From assembly GCA_964640065.1 (NCBI GenBank), contig CAZXIE010000037.1, positions 1 through 23,124 of the forward strand: DNA of 23,124 bases, read 5' to 3'. Position numbers and translations under genes: made by a program. The notes below the pieces were generated by a model. The model made no database searches, was not told the DNA's origin, and saw only the letters and a list, made by a program, of their open reading frames with translations. Of the stretch, positions 8,866 to 17,527 are shown in pieces (the stretch's first letter is position 1; every line of letters starts with the position of its first letter). Source of the stretch: an uncultured Saprospiraceae bacterium. GTDB taxonomy: Bacteria; Bacteroidota; Bacteroidia; Chitinophagales; Saprospiraceae.

Positions 8866-9183
8866 CTTTGCCAGTCGCGGCAAAGTAACCAAAACGCTTG
8901 TCCTGCTAATACTCGCTTTATAAGCCCTTGACGTACGCGGATCCCATTTTTCAGAATTAACGTCTAGGCTTCCTCGTGATAAAACCTCGGCTTTTTTCGT
9001 CGTGCTCTCTCGGCTAAGCCGAGATGCGCGCGCCTAGCCGCTACGAGGTTTTATTCTTTTGGCGAGTCGTATCAGAACGTCTCACGCTTTGGCGTGATTC
9101 AATATTAATCGACTGTCTGATAAATCATCATAATATGACCCTGAAAAGGTCATAGCCCATTAGCCGTGGGTGTCAACCCACGG
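8866..9183. other. hairpin-dense, locally GC-enriched non-coding segment (candidate structured RNA / cis-regulatory element); strand unknown
   Basis: No ORF of 60 aa or more on either strand across 8677-9354. Perfect stem-loops: 8866-8885 (ctttgcc/ggcaaag, 7 bp); 8979-9054 (outer stem ataaaacctcg/cgaggttttat, 11 bp) enclosing 9009-9023 (ctcggc-taa-gccgag) and a gcgcgcgc run; 9135-9153 (atgacc/ggtcat); 9164-9183 (ccgtggg/cccacgg). GC content is visibly higher than the flanks. Confidence 0.35.
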
Positions 9184-9354
9184 TTTAAGGATTACTCAAG
9201 GTTTCGTTTGGCGTGCATTTTTGCTTCAAAAATCATGACAAACCATAATATCCTACAATTGTAATTATTTCCACAGGCACTGGTTAACTGCCAAATAACT
9301 AATTGTGTCTATACGTATGTAGCCGTACATTGGAAAGGACCAAAGTGATCAGTA

Positions 9355-10689
9355 GTGATGGCCGTTTTAAAATACAGTGATATACACGATATACCTGGAG
9401 AAGCAGGACTACCGATCGTCGGTAGTCTCTTCAAGATGATGAGAGAAGGCGGTGACTTCTACTCTAACTTGAGGGATAAATATGGAGATGTATTTAAGTC
9501 ACGCTCATTGTTTGGTGGTGGCATAATCCTTACAGGTCCTGCTGCGGTCAAATTTATATTGGTGGAGGAGTCCAAGTTCACGACTAACCAAGAGGCGTGG
9601 GAACAAGCTTTGGGCGAATTATTTCCTAATGGACTGATGTTAATGGATGGTGAGCGCCACAAGCACCACCGGGGCATCATGCATGAAGCTTTTAAAAAAG
9701 AACCGATGCAAGGGTATCTGGACATTATGCCAGATATCATCTCCAAAAGCTTAGACGAACTTGAAGGGAAGCAAGATGTATTGTTCTTTCCATTTGCCAA
9801 GGAACTTACGATCAGCTTAGCATCTAAGGTCTTCTTTGGCATCAGCGGTAAAGACAATATCCAACAACTCAACAAAGCTATCACGCATATCGTCAATGCT
9901 GCTTTGTCTCTCCCAATAGCACTCCCTTTCACAAAATTTGGCAAAGGTCTGAATGGGAGAAAATTTCTAGTTAACTACTTCAAGTCTATCATATCCGAAA
10001 GAAGGGAAAATCCTGGCAAGGACCTCTTTAGCAGATTATGCTTAGCCAAAAATGAAGAAGGTGCTTCATTCTCCGATCAGGAGATCATCGATCATCTCAT
10101 CTTTGTACTCATGGCTGCACATGATACTACCGCCATCACTATCAGCTTTATGACTTACTTTCTTGCTAAGCATCCAGACTGGCAGAAAAGGGTGCATGAT
10201 GAAGTCATGGGCTTTGATATTAAAGACGACTTACAAGCAAAGGATCTACGACAATTAGAAAATATAGGATTGGTAATGAAGGAAACACTTCGCATCCATC
10301 CTCCTCTAACCATGGTAACTAGAAAATTAGAAAAGGACATGCCTTTAGATGGCTACGTTCTTCCTAAAGATGCCTTAGTCAGCGTACTCTTTCATTGTAC
10401 ACATCGTGATGAGCGCGTATGGGACGACCCTAAAAGATTCGACCCTTTGAGGTTTGGAAAAGAGCGAAGAGAAGAGCAGCGATGTCCATTTGCTTATGCC
10501 CCTTTTGGTGCTGGACCTCATCACTGTATAGGTTATCAGTTTGCAGAGATACAGATCAAACTTGTTATGTCTGAATTGATCAGGCGATATGAAGTATCTG
10601 TGGATAAAAATTATAATTGTCCGATAAAAGATTTTCCACTCAAGCAGCCTACTGACAATCTACCTATATCTCTTAAGAGAAGGAGTTAA
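9355..10689 (+). CDS. cytochrome P450 monooxygenase
   Basis: Heme-thiolate loop FGAGPHHCIG, EXXR (ETLR), I-helix AAHDTT, PERF-like region (DPLRFGKER), N-terminal proline hinge IPGEAGLPIVG. GTG at 9355 is followed by ATG at 9358; either could be the start. CYP51 signatures are not present. Confidence 0.9.
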   Translation: MMAVLKYSDIHDIPGEAGLPIVGSLFKMMREGGDFYSNLRDKYGDVFKSRSLFGGGIILTGPAAVKFILVEESKFTTNQEAWEQALGELFPNGLMLMDGERHKHHRGIMHEAFKKEPMQGYLDIMPDIISKSLDELEGKQDVLFFPFAKELTISLASKVFFGISGKDNIQQLNKAITHIVNAALSLPIALPFTKFGKGLNGRKFLVNYFKSIISERRENPGKDLFSRLCLAKNEEGASFSDQEIIDHLIFVLMAAHDTTAITISFMTYFLAKHPDWQKRVHDEVMGFDIKDDLQAKDLRQLENIGLVMKETLRIHPPLTMVTRKLEKDMPLDGYVLPKDALVSVLFHCTHRDERVWDDPKRFDPLRFGKERREEQRCPFAYAPFGAGPHHCIGYQFAEIQIKLVMSELIRRYEVSVDKNYNCPIKDFPLKQPTDNLPISLKRRS

Positions 10690-10701
10690 CATCTATAGCA
10701 A

Positions 10702-10728
10702 TTCATTCTCCTGCTAAATTAGAATGAA
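10702..10728. terminator. stem-loop between convergent P450 and decarboxylase stops (possible bidirectional terminator)
   Basis: ttcattct (10702-10709) pairs perfectly with agaatgaa (10721-10728), with an 11-nt loop. AT-rich stem and no clean U-tract, so weak. Confidence 0.3.
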
Positions 10729-10732
10729 GGAG

Positions 10733-12139
10733 TTATGAGAGTTTTGCTGCTTCTTTCAATATCGAAACTAGCTGATCTACTTCTACGGTGGTAGTTGCAT
10801 GATTAGTGATACATACACGTATCGTGGACCTGCCATGAACGGGATAAAGAGACAACCATGCTTTTCCAGATTCGATTACATCATTGATACATACTTGTAT
10901 CTGCTCGTCATCTAAAGAAGGATGCGTTAGACAGAGCACAGGGAGGTCTGTATCATTAGTTACTACCCAACCATCTTCTTCTAATTTTGATTTAAGTTCC
11001 TTACATAAGTCGATGTCTTTTTCTACCACCTCCGCATAACCTTCCCAACCATGACAGGCAACAGAGATGTATGCTTTTAGTCCGATGAACCTACGAGACC
11101 ACTGTATAGAGTGCAGGTAAGGATCTACCTGTTCACTTTGGTCTCCATCCGGTGGCATATATGCCGTTTTTATATGGTAGGCTTGAAATAAAATCTCTGG
11201 ATCGCTAGTCACAAATACACTACCTCCCATGGGATTAGAAAACCATTTGTGAAAGTCCATCGTCACAGAGTCACTTTGTTCGATGCCAGATATCAGATGT
11301 TTCCATGTATCGCTGATGATGATAGCTGCGCCCCAAGCACCATCCACATGTAACCAGAAGTTATATTTCTTTTTGAGCTCTACAACTTTTTCAATTGGAT
11401 CGATAGTGCCAGTACCTGTCGTACCCGCTGTAGCCACCACCATCATCGGAAGTCTACCCTCTTCTTTATCTTTTCTAATACTTGACTCTAATAAGTCGAG
11501 ATCCATCTTTAGATCTTCTTTAACGGGAATAGAATTCACGGAGTCACTCCCAAGACCGACTATCCTAGCAGCCTTAAGAATCGAATGATGTGACTCGGCC
11601 GACACGTATATCATCGGTCTTTTTTCTACTCCCATCAGTCCACTTTTAGAAACTTGCGGGCAAGCTTTTACTAGAGCGCACTGGACTGCAGTAAGATTTG
11701 ACTCGGCTCCTCCTCCACAGAAGGTGCCGTCGTGAGTTTCATATCCAAAGAACCCCGCAAGTTGGTCGATCAGATATCGCTCAACTTCATTAGCATATGG
11801 AGCATGACTCCAAGCCGCCATCTGCGGATTAAAGGATGCGGTGATATAATCTCCAAAAGTCGACATAGCAGCAGGTCGAGGGTTAAAGAGTCCAAAATAT
11901 CTGGGGTGCGGAGTGTGCACAGCGTAAGCCGCCAGACCCTTCGTGATGTGGTTGATCACATCTTCAGGATCTTTAGAGTTCGTGAGAGATAAGGATTTTA
12001 CGTACTCTTTTACTTTATCAGCTTGAACAGATGGGGCTACAGCTATTCGAGGTAATGCAGTGTAAAATTCTTGGATGCGTTGTTCTACGATGGAGAGGAG
12101 TCTTAGCTTCTCACTTTGTTCAAGATCTAGGATACTCAT
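10733..12139 (-). CDS. group II pyridoxal-phosphate-dependent amino-acid decarboxylase (DDC/GAD/DABA-decarboxylase family)
   Basis: 468 aa. PLP-lysine motif DFHKW (S-x-H-K type). GGGAESNLTAV glycine-rich segment. Fold-type I layout typical of aromatic-L-amino-acid / glutamate / diaminobutyrate decarboxylases. Substrate not assignable. Confidence 0.85.
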   Translation of the reverse strand: MSILDLEQSEKLRLLSIVEQRIQEFYTALPRIAVAPSVQADKVKEYVKSLSLTNSKDPEDVINHITKGLAAYAVHTPHPRYFGLFNPRPAAMSTFGDYITASFNPQMAAWSHAPYANEVERYLIDQLAGFFGYETHDGTFCGGGAESNLTAVQCALVKACPQVSKSGLMGVEKRPMIYVSAESHHSILKAARIVGLGSDSVNSIPVKEDLKMDLDLLESSIRKDKEEGRLPMMVVATAGTTGTGTIDPIEKVVELKKKYNFWLHVDGAWGAAIIISDTWKHLISGIEQSDSVTMDFHKWFSNPMGGSVFVTSDPEILFQAYHIKTAYMPPDGDQSEQVDPYLHSIQWSRRFIGLKAYISVACHGWEGYAEVVEKDIDLCKELKSKLEEDGWVVTNDTDLPVLCLTHPSLDDEQIQVCINDVIESGKAWLSLYPVHGRSTIRVCITNHATTTVEVDQLVSILKEAAKLS

Positions 12140-12280
12140 AGGGCTAATTTAGATGATCCTTATTTACGAAAGTGATATAATAGATATAATAATTATATCG
12201 AATATAAAGGAGGTTAAAGCTAGGAGGTGAACGAGAGGATAATATATCTTTGTGTCCTGAAAAATTAATCCCAAGATACT

Positions 12281-14197
12281 TTGCTAGCAGCAAATAACAT
12301 CACAGTAAAATATGGCGATCGCACTCTTCTTAACGGTGTGAACATTGTCATCAAAGCCAAAGATAAGGTAGGACTCGTAGGGCGGAATGGCGCCGGAAAA
12401 TCAACCTTACTCAAGATCCTGGCTAAAGAGATAACTCCCCTCGAGGGAAATGTCACACAACCCGCACAGTCGTCGCTGGCCTTCCTACATCAGGAGATAG
12501 AAATCGAGCAACATCGGACGGTGCTGGATGAAACGATGCTCGCATTTGCAGCACTCAAGGAGCTGAACGAGCAGATAGAAAAATCTAACCAAGAGATAGC
12601 TACACGGACTGACTATGAGTCTGATAGTTATATGAATCTGCTGCAGCAATTTTCAGAACTCAATGAGCAGTACGCCCTTCTTGGTGGAGACTCTGCAGAG
12701 GGTGATGCTGTAAAGGTGCTCAATGGTCTCGGCTTCAAGACTGCTGATCTACATCGCAAGATCCAAGAGTTTAGTGGAGGTTGGCAGATGCGTATCGTAC
12801 TAGCGAAGATGCTTCTGAAGAAGCCTAGCTACCTCCTACTCGATGAGCCGACTAATCACCTTGATATAGAATCCATCATCTGGTTAGAGAAGTTTATACA
12901 AGGGTATCCTTACGCATCGATCATCATCTCTCACGACCAACAGTTTCTAGATAACTGTACCAAGAGAACGATCGAGATAGAACTCGGACGTATCCAAGAT
13001 TATAATGTAGGTTATAGCAAGTATCTCGTCCAGCGCGTAGAGCGTCGAGAGAAGCAAATGGCTTCATTTGAAAATCAACAGAAAGTCATCGCACAAAAAG
13101 AGCGAACCATCAGTCGCTTTATGGCTAAGGCGACCAAGACAAAGATGGCGCAGTCCATGAAAAAGCAGCTCGATAAGATGGAACGCATCGAAGTCGAAGC
13201 AGAAGATATAGGCGCGATGAACATACAATTTCCACCAGCGCCAAGATCAGGAGCGATCATAGCTGAAGCCAAAAATATCTCCAAATCTTATGGTGCTCTA
13301 GATGTGTTAGACTCTATCGACTTGTCTGTAGAGCGTCAAGACCGGATAGCCTTCGTAGGTCAGAATGGTCAAGGCAAGACTACCCTAGCGAAGATCTTAA
13401 TAGAGAAGCTCGAAGCTTCAAGTGGGGACGTCGTCCTTGGGCATAATGCCTCAGTTGGATACTACGCTCAGAATCAAGCTGAAACTCTAGATCGCAATAA
13501 GACGCTCCTTCAGGTGATGGAAGATCACAGTCCTCCAGAGATGAGAACTAAACTTCGCAATATACTTGGCGCCTTCCTCTTTAGTGGAGAAGACGCGGAA
13601 AAGAAAGTATCCGTGCTGAGTGGAGGCGAACGAGCACGTCTCGCGCTTGCATGCCTTCTTCTTAATCCATTTAATCTACTGGTACTTGATGAGCCCACTA
13701 ATCACCTTGATATACTCTCTAAAGATGTCTTGAAGCAAGCTCTCATGAAGTATGATGGCACCCTCATCGTCGTCTCTCACGATAGACACTTTCTTGCAGA
13801 CCTTACTTCGAGAACGATAGAGTTCAGAGATAAAAAACTGTATGAGCATCTTGGTGATGTCAACTACTTCCTTGAAAAAAGAGAGGTAGAAGATATGCGG
13901 GCTGTCGAGCTCTCATCTCCTAAGAAATCACAAGTACCTAAGCCCAAGCAGAAGAATAATGCTGATCCCGTCGAAGTAAAAACCATCAATAATAAAATCA
14001 AGAAATCCGAATCTAGGATATCGAATATCGAGGCCGACATGAAAGCTTTGGAGAACAAGATGGGTCTAGAGGGATTTTACGAAAGTGACGAATCTAAAGA
14101 TGTCATCGATAAATACGAAAAGCTAAAATCTGATCTTAGCAAAACCTATGAAACCTGGGAGGATCTACAGCTTTCTCTTGAAGAACTCACTGCTTAA
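12281..14197 (+). CDS. ABC-F family ATPase (Uup/YheS-like translation factor) with C-terminal coiled-coil
   Basis: Two ABC cassettes: Walker A GRNGAGKST and GQNGQGKTT; signatures FSGGWQMR and LSGGERARL; Walker B LLLDEPTNHLD and LVLDEPTNHLD. Basic inter-domain linker (PtIM-like). Lys/Glu-rich coiled-coil tail. Only a TTG start is available (12281); no ATG between the upstream stop at 12266-12268 and the conserved N-terminus. Confidence 0.9.
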   Translation: MLAANNITVKYGDRTLLNGVNIVIKAKDKVGLVGRNGAGKSTLLKILAKEITPLEGNVTQPAQSSLAFLHQEIEIEQHRTVLDETMLAFAALKELNEQIEKSNQEIATRTDYESDSYMNLLQQFSELNEQYALLGGDSAEGDAVKVLNGLGFKTADLHRKIQEFSGGWQMRIVLAKMLLKKPSYLLLDEPTNHLDIESIIWLEKFIQGYPYASIIISHDQQFLDNCTKRTIEIELGRIQDYNVGYSKYLVQRVERREKQMASFENQQKVIAQKERTISRFMAKATKTKMAQSMKKQLDKMERIEVEAEDIGAMNIQFPPAPRSGAIIAEAKNISKSYGALDVLDSIDLSVERQDRIAFVGQNGQGKTTLAKILIEKLEASSGDVVLGHNASVGYYAQNQAETLDRNKTLLQVMEDHSPPEMRTKLRNILGAFLFSGEDAEKKVSVLSGGERARLALACLLLNPFNLLVLDEPTNHLDILSKDVLKQALMKYDGTLIVVSHDRHFLADLTSRTIEFRDKKLYEHLGDVNYFLEKREVEDMRAVELSSPKKSQVPKPKQKNNADPVEVKTINNKIKKSESRISNIEADMKALENKMGLEGFYESDESKDVIDKYEKLKSDLSKTYETWEDLQLSLEELTA

Positions 14198-14215
14198 CGA
14201 GAAGACGACGACCAA

Positions 14216-14851
14216 ATGAATAATCCTACACTTAGAAAACATATAGAGAGGTTGCTGGCAGACTATCAGAGTATAGAGGAGGGTCGAGCGAAGTTGCTGA
14301 GATTGTTATCAGATTTGATCGTAGAAACTATAGAGAATACTGGAGCGTGTAATCTTGTGACTATCTGCACGCATAATAGCAGAAGAAGTCAGCTCTCTGA
14401 AGCGTGGATTAAAGCTGGTGCGCAGTATTATGACCTTGATATGATAGAAGCTTATAGTGGAGGCACTGAAGCTACAGCTTTTAATATGCGTATGGTCATT
14501 GCCTTACGGCAGTCCTCCTTTCACCTCCACACCGATGGTCCTAGGACCAATCCCTTTTATACTCTACAAGCTCTGAAGGAAGAGAAGAGTCCGCATATCA
14601 TGTTCAGCAAAGTCTATGACCATCCGAGAAACCCAAGGGCGCATTTCATCGCCTTGATGGTCTGTAATCATGCGGATAAAGCTTGCCCCGTTGTTAGTGG
14701 TGCGAGTCATCGCATATCACTTCCTTATCTCGATCCAAAGGAGTATGATGACACACCTATGGAAGATCAAATGTATAGTGAAAAAGTAGATGAAATAGGC
14801 AGAGAAATCCTCTACCTACTTCATCATGTATCTAAAAGTCTGAGAGCTTAG
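14216..14851 (+). CDS. ArsC (thioredoxin-type arsenate reductase) / low-molecular-weight phosphotyrosine phosphatase family protein, atypical P-loop, N-terminally extended
   Basis: Aligns by eye to B. subtilis ArsC: ICTHNSRRSQLSEAW vs LCTGNSCRSQMAEGW (CX5R retained, Gly->His, second Cys->Arg); MVCNHADKACP vs TLCGDAADKCP; LDP near the C-terminus. About 45-aa N-terminal extension. 18 nt after the ABC-F stop, so co-transcribed. Confidence 0.6.
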   Translation: MNNPTLRKHIERLLADYQSIEEGRAKLLRLLSDLIVETIENTGACNLVTICTHNSRRSQLSEAWIKAGAQYYDLDMIEAYSGGTEATAFNMRMVIALRQSSFHLHTDGPRTNPFYTLQALKEEKSPHIMFSKVYDHPRNPRAHFIALMVCNHADKACPVVSGASHRISLPYLDPKEYDDTPMEDQMYSEKVDEIGREILYLLHHVSKSLRA

Positions 14852-14852
14852 T

Positions 14853-15146
14853 CTAGCCTCTCTTGTAGTGTTGTGACTTGTACTTTTCTATTTGTGAGCG
14901 GAGCTTCTGCACTGCGTTATCGAGTGCAGAGTCGTGGTAGTTACCTTCCGCTTTCGCAAATAGGTCTTTACCTTTTAGTCGAAGATGAACTTTGACTTTT
15001 TTTGTAGGATGCTTATCTCCTCTGAAGAAGATCTTAGCTGAAGTAACAAAGGGATAGGAAGAAAAATATTTGTTTAGAAGGTCAATGGCGTACTGCTCAT
15101 TATAGGTATAAGCAAGTGAAGTGCCTCTGTCTATCTTAATATCCAT
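14853..15146 (-). CDS. hpf: ribosome hibernation promoting factor / ribosome-associated inhibitor A (short HPF/RaiA)
   Basis: 97 aa. Basic, beta-alpha-beta-beta-beta-alpha pattern with the conserved KV.VHLRLKGK and AEGNYHD..ALDNAVQKL segments typical of the sigma-54 modulation protein/S30EA family. Its stop is 1 nt from the convergent ArsC-like stop. Confidence 0.8.
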   Translation of the reverse strand: MDIKIDRGTSLAYTYNEQYAIDLLNKYFSSYPFVTSAKIFFRGDKHPTKKVKVHLRLKGKDLFAKAEGNYHDSALDNAVQKLRSQIEKYKSQHYKRG

Positions 15147-15254
15147 AAACTCTATTTTTTATTCACTAATCAATACTGCTCTACTGCGAGCAATAACCAA
15201 AATCAACTTCGACTTTTCGCATGTTGATAGCCTCTTTACGACATATCTAAAGAT

Positions 15255-15286
15255 ACAAAAAAGGAGGCAACAAATTGTCACCTCCC
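15255..15286 (-). terminator. Rho-independent terminator downstream of the flotillin gene
   Basis: On the minus strand: gggagg-tgacaatttgttg-cctcc followed by tttttt (plus-strand aaaaaa 15255-15262). Located 37 nt past the flotillin stop. Confidence 0.5.
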
Positions 15287-15322
15287 TTATCATTAACACG
15301 AAAATTTATCTAAACGAAAAAT

Positions 15323-16765
15323 CTACTCAGTAATACCATTAGTGTCTTCGACGTGATTCTTCAGCACCTCAACTACTTCTGCATCTGTAACCACATCTTT
15401 ACCGAGATAAGCGGGAAGATCCATCCCTGCCATATCGAAGATATCCTTCAGAGGTGGCACTGACTTGTAGAGTCCAGATATGAACTTCGAAGTGGAGTTA
15501 CCACCCGCCGCAGATTCACTGCCATTCTCCCAGACAGTCACCTTATCGATCTTGATATTCTTGATCGCTTCTACCTGTGTAGCTACCAACTCAGGAAGTT
15601 TATCCGCTATAAGCATCAAGACTGCTTCTCGAGGGTTACCATTCGTAGCTTTTACGATCTGATCAAAACCATCGGCTTGCTTCTTCAGTATCTCGAACAT
15701 ACCTTCTGCCTCAGCTTTCTTCATCGCCAACATCGCTTCGGCTTCCCCTCTTGCGATCCTTCGGATCTTCTCTGCCTCTGCTTCTGCTTCGACTTCTATC
15801 TTTTTCTTATAGATCTCAGCTTGCACCAGGATATCTGCTTCTCTTGTAGCTCTCTCCTTATCTGCACGCGCCTTCTCTGCACTGGCCTCAGCCTTAAATG
15901 ACTCTTCTAGTGCATTGGCTTTCTGGATCTTCTCTGTAGCTACTGCGTTTTTCTCCGCCTCTGCTTCGCGCATACGTCTGAGAGCATCGGACTCCGCTAT
16001 ACGGATTTTGGATTCGTTTTCTCCAAATACAGTATCTGCCTGAGCAGCCGCCTCACCTACTGCAGCTGTTGCTTCTGCTTCTGAGACTTTGATTCTTTGA
16101 TCTTGCATCGCTTCTGCCTGTCCTATCGATCCATCTCTGTCTTTTTCAGCTACGCTCTTCTTGGCATCATTGATGGCCTTGGCAGCGGCTTCTTTACCGA
16201 GAGCCTCGATATATCCTGACTCATCTTGGATGTCTGTAACATTGACGTTGATCAGTGATAAACCGATCTTACGTAACTCCGATCCTACATTGTGCGCCAC
16301 GTTACTAAGGAACTTATCCCTGTCTGAGTTAATTTCTTCGATATCCATGGTTGCTACGACAAGTCGTAACTGACCGAAGATGATATCCTTAGCGATCTCT
16401 CTGATTTCATCAGTAGACTTCCCAAGTAATCTCTCTGCAGCATTAATCATCGTGCCAGGCTCATTAGATACTGCCACTGTAAATCTTGATGGTACATTCA
16501 CACGGATATTCTGCTTACTCAATGCACCTCTAAGGTCTACATCGATAGATATCGGCGCGAGATCTAAGTATTCATAAGACTGTATAATAGGCCATACGAA
16601 TGCAGCACCACCTGCCACACACTTGGCTGATCCTTGACCTGTCTTACCATAGATCACTAGTATTTTGTCTGAAGGACATCGCTTATAGCGAGTAACAATG
16701 AGCATCACTGCCACCAATATTATAAAGGCGACTATAGCGACTCCTAAGATTCCTAATCCATTCAT
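15323..16765 (-). CDS. flotillin / SPFH (band-7) domain membrane protein (YqiK/FloA-like)
   Basis: 480 aa. N-terminal TM helix. SPFH domain. Central Ala/Glu-rich flotillin EA-repeat coiled coil (AEAEKNAVATEK...EVEAEAEAEKIRRIARGEAEAMLAMKKAEAEG). Confidence 0.85.
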   Translation of the reverse strand: MNGLGILGVAIVAFIILVAVMLIVTRYKRCPSDKILVIYGKTGQGSAKCVAGGAAFVWPIIQSYEYLDLAPISIDVDLRGALSKQNIRVNVPSRFTVAVSNEPGTMINAAERLLGKSTDEIREIAKDIIFGQLRLVVATMDIEEINSDRDKFLSNVAHNVGSELRKIGLSLINVNVTDIQDESGYIEALGKEAAAKAINDAKKSVAEKDRDGSIGQAEAMQDQRIKVSEAEATAAVGEAAAQADTVFGENESKIRIAESDALRRMREAEAEKNAVATEKIQKANALEESFKAEASAEKARADKERATREADILVQAEIYKKKIEVEAEAEAEKIRRIARGEAEAMLAMKKAEAEGMFEILKKQADGFDQIVKATNGNPREAVLMLIADKLPELVATQVEAIKNIKIDKVTVWENGSESAAGGNSTSKFISGLYKSVPPLKDIFDMAGMDLPAYLGKDVVTDAEVVEVLKNHVEDTNGITE

Positions 16766-16783
16766 AGCAAGTAGTATTTATAG

Positions 16784-17350
16784 TTAATAGATAGCTGATA
16801 CCAGCATTACATTCTCGTTAAGTACGTCTTTTACTTTAATCTTTGATCCAGTAGGGATAGCCTCCCCATCAGAGATCGCTTCGAACTCCATCAGTTTATC
16901 ACTGATCTCTACATGGATCATCCCCTTTCCACCTTGAGCCATCGGGATCTTCAGGTATACCTCACCTTCTTTGTTGATCGCATCGTAGAGATCAACTGTG
17001 CCTGACTCCTGCAGCTTTAATAACTGCGCCAGAACATATGCAAGTGCAACCATAGCTATGAACCCAGCTAAAAATGCGATCATAAGAGCCTTACCAGAAG
17101 AAAAACCTTCCGAAAGTGCTGCTACTCCGCCCCATCCGAAGAAGGTAGCGAAAGCCACTAAAGTCTTGAAGCTAATGATACCAAACCCATCACCACCATC
17201 CACCTCAGCCTCGAGTTCTGCATCTAAACCAATAAGTGTAAGGATCAATTGAACTGTGAAGATGATGGAGGCTATGATCGCTACGCCCCAGTATAACTGC
17301 TCAGCGCCGCTCAAGGCTTCCCACCATCCGTTAATCGAAAGGAGTATCAT
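16784..17350 (-). CDS. NfeD-like membrane protein (YqiJ-like partner of flotillin)
   Basis: 188 aa. Three TM helices. C-terminal OB-fold beta region (GEVYLKIPMAQGGKGMIHVEISDKLMEFEAISDG...KIKVKDVLNENVMLV). Stop is 18 nt upstream of the flotillin start, the classic NfeD-flotillin operon arrangement. Confidence 0.7.
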   Translation of the reverse strand: MILLSINGWWEALSGAEQLYWGVAIIASIIFTVQLILTLIGLDAELEAEVDGGDGFGIISFKTLVAFATFFGWGGVAALSEGFSSGKALMIAFLAGFIAMVALAYVLAQLLKLQESGTVDLYDAINKEGEVYLKIPMAQGGKGMIHVEISDKLMEFEAISDGEAIPTGSKIKVKDVLNENVMLVSAIY

Positions 17351-17471
17351 AGCTTGTAGATTTAGTTAGTAGTATATCTTATGTCTGAAGATATTTTAAC
17401 TAAAACTTAAAATAGCATCCTACTCGACTAAAAAACTGAGATTATCGACTAAGAATAAGTCTCACATAAAT

Positions 17472-17501
17472 AAAAAAAGCCCTGTATCGAGGATACAGGG
17501 C
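17472..17501 (-). terminator. Rho-independent terminator downstream of the large T9SS protein gene
   Basis: Perfect 10-bp stem gccctgtatc (17479-17488) / gatacagggc (17492-17501) with a 3-nt loop. On the minus strand it is followed by a 7-nt U-run (plus a-run 17472-17478). Located 27 nt past the stop at 17528. Confidence 0.7.
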
Positions 17502-17527
17502 TTGACTCAAATAAAAAGCTATCTCGC

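Noticed and set aside
8866-9183. Possibility that the GC-rich hairpin cluster is a tRNA, tmRNA, RNase P RNA or SRP RNA
   Set aside because: I looked for a T-arm GTTCRANYC, tmRNA ends (GGGGCTGATT...; ...TCCACCA), the RNase P P4 core (AGGAAAGTCCGGGC) and the SRP domain IV motif. None is present, so it is reported only as an unclassified structured region.
9355-10689. Idea that the P450 plus the sterol-desaturase-family gene indicate a bacterial sterol pathway (CYP51 + ERG3/ERG25-like)
   Set aside because: The P450 lacks CYP51 signatures (no AGQHTS-type I-helix, and its heme loop is FGAGPHHCIG). There is no oxidosqualene cyclase or squalene epoxidase in the window.
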